In this document: piece after piece, positions 63,165 through 64,000 of the stretch | Position numbering within the stretch: position 1 is the first letter of the stretch | Layout of the letters: every line of letters starts with the position of its first letter | From: Malacoraja senta | Lineage: Eukaryota | NCBI GenBank assembly: GCA_038087875.1 | Contig: CM075988.1 | Coordinates: 27,716,001 to 27,780,000 of the forward strand | Length of the DNA stretch: 64,000 nucleotides | Reading direction: 5' to 3' | Made by a program: the position numbers and the translations under genes | The notes under the pieces: model-generated | The model's database searches: none | Told to the model about the DNA's origin: nothing | What the model saw: the letters and a program-made list of their open reading frames with translations, nothing else

Positions 63165-64000
63165 AGGGGCTGTCCCACTGCGGCGACCTAATCTGCGAGT
63201 TTAGAAGAGTTTGTCCTCGACTCAAACTCGCAGCATGGTCGACACGTGGTCCTAGGAGGTCCTATGAGGTCACTGGAACTCTCCTTCATGCTCGAGGGAA
63301 GTTCCTGTATACTCACGGCCTCAGCTAGGTTGCGGAAAATTTGTCAGCATGTTGAAAAATTTTCAGCGAGTAAAAACTGGTCGACATGGTTCTTTAACTC
63401 GTAGTGCAGTGGAGTGAGGTCGCTATGTAGTTACAGGCAGTCGAGGGCAGCCGTAGGCAATCTCCTTCGCTGACCAGGCATTTTAATTGGCTCATTGGAG
63501 TTTTCAGGACCAAGGAAAACCGACCGGTAGGTTAAATACCCGCTAAACTTTATTAAACGTTGTCTGACTTCTTAAAAGTGTCTCCCCCCCTTCACCCCCC
63601 TTCTCTCCCCCCTTCTCTCCTCCCCTTCTCTCTCCCCCTTCTCTCCCCCCCTTCTCTCCCCCCCTTCTCTCTCCCCCTTCTCTCTCCCCCTCTCTCTCCC
63701 CCTTCTCTCTCCCCCCTTCTCTCTCCCCCTTCTCTCTCCCCCCTTCTCTCTCCCCCCTCTCTCTCCCCCCTTCTCTCTCCCCCCTTCTCTCTCCCCCCTT
63801 CTCTCTCCCCCTTCTCTCTCCCCCCTTCTCTCTCCCCCTTTTTCTCCCCCCCTTTCTCTCCCCCCCTTTCTCTCCCCCCCTCTCTCCCCCTCTCTCCCCC
63901 CCCTTCTCTCCCCCCCTTCTCTCCCCCCCCTTCTCTCCCCCCCCTTCTCTCCCCCCCCTTCTCTCCCCCCCCTTCTCTCCCCCCCCTTCTCTCCCCCCCC
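63165..64000 (+). mobile_element. Harbinger-type non-autonomous element, left part, running off the window
   Basis: TAA|AGGGGCTGTCCCAC start shares CTGTCCCAC with the MITE at 40740. CpG-rich body. Confidence 0.65.
63585..64000. repeat. Pure pyrimidine (CT/C-run) low-complexity repeat
   Basis: Tandem ccccc(c)ttctct(ct) units. Confidence 0.97.

Overview
This is AT-rich, repeat-dense vertebrate genomic DNA. The repeat families (CR1/HER1-like LINEs, HE1-like V-SINEs, Penelope-like elements, Rex1/Babar) suggest a cartilaginous fish, probably a skate or ray; that is my inference from recognising the families, not a database result. Much of the window is transposon-derived: a near-intact Passport-like Tc1 element, several Penelope-like (RT + GIY-YIG) elements, a non-autonomous Helitron with three 5' ends, hAT and Harbinger elements, and L1/Tx1, Rex1 and CR1 LINE fragments. 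Three small phase-compatible exons (4634-4673, 5327-5392, 20465-20532) may be the 3' end of an unidentified + strand host gene. Non-repetitive, motif-rich blocks at about 30.6-33.9 kb and 48.2-49.2 kb look like conserved developmental enhancers. The most interesting signal is a roughly 90-130 bp Penelope terminal module present in more than a dozen copies. It carries a minimal hammerhead ribozyme core (CUGAAGA-stem II-GAAAcgUC), and at least one copy appears to have inserted on its own with a 10-bp target-site duplication. No prokaryotic genes, rRNA, true tRNA genes or CRISPR arrays are supported. Boundaries of degenerate repeats are approximate.
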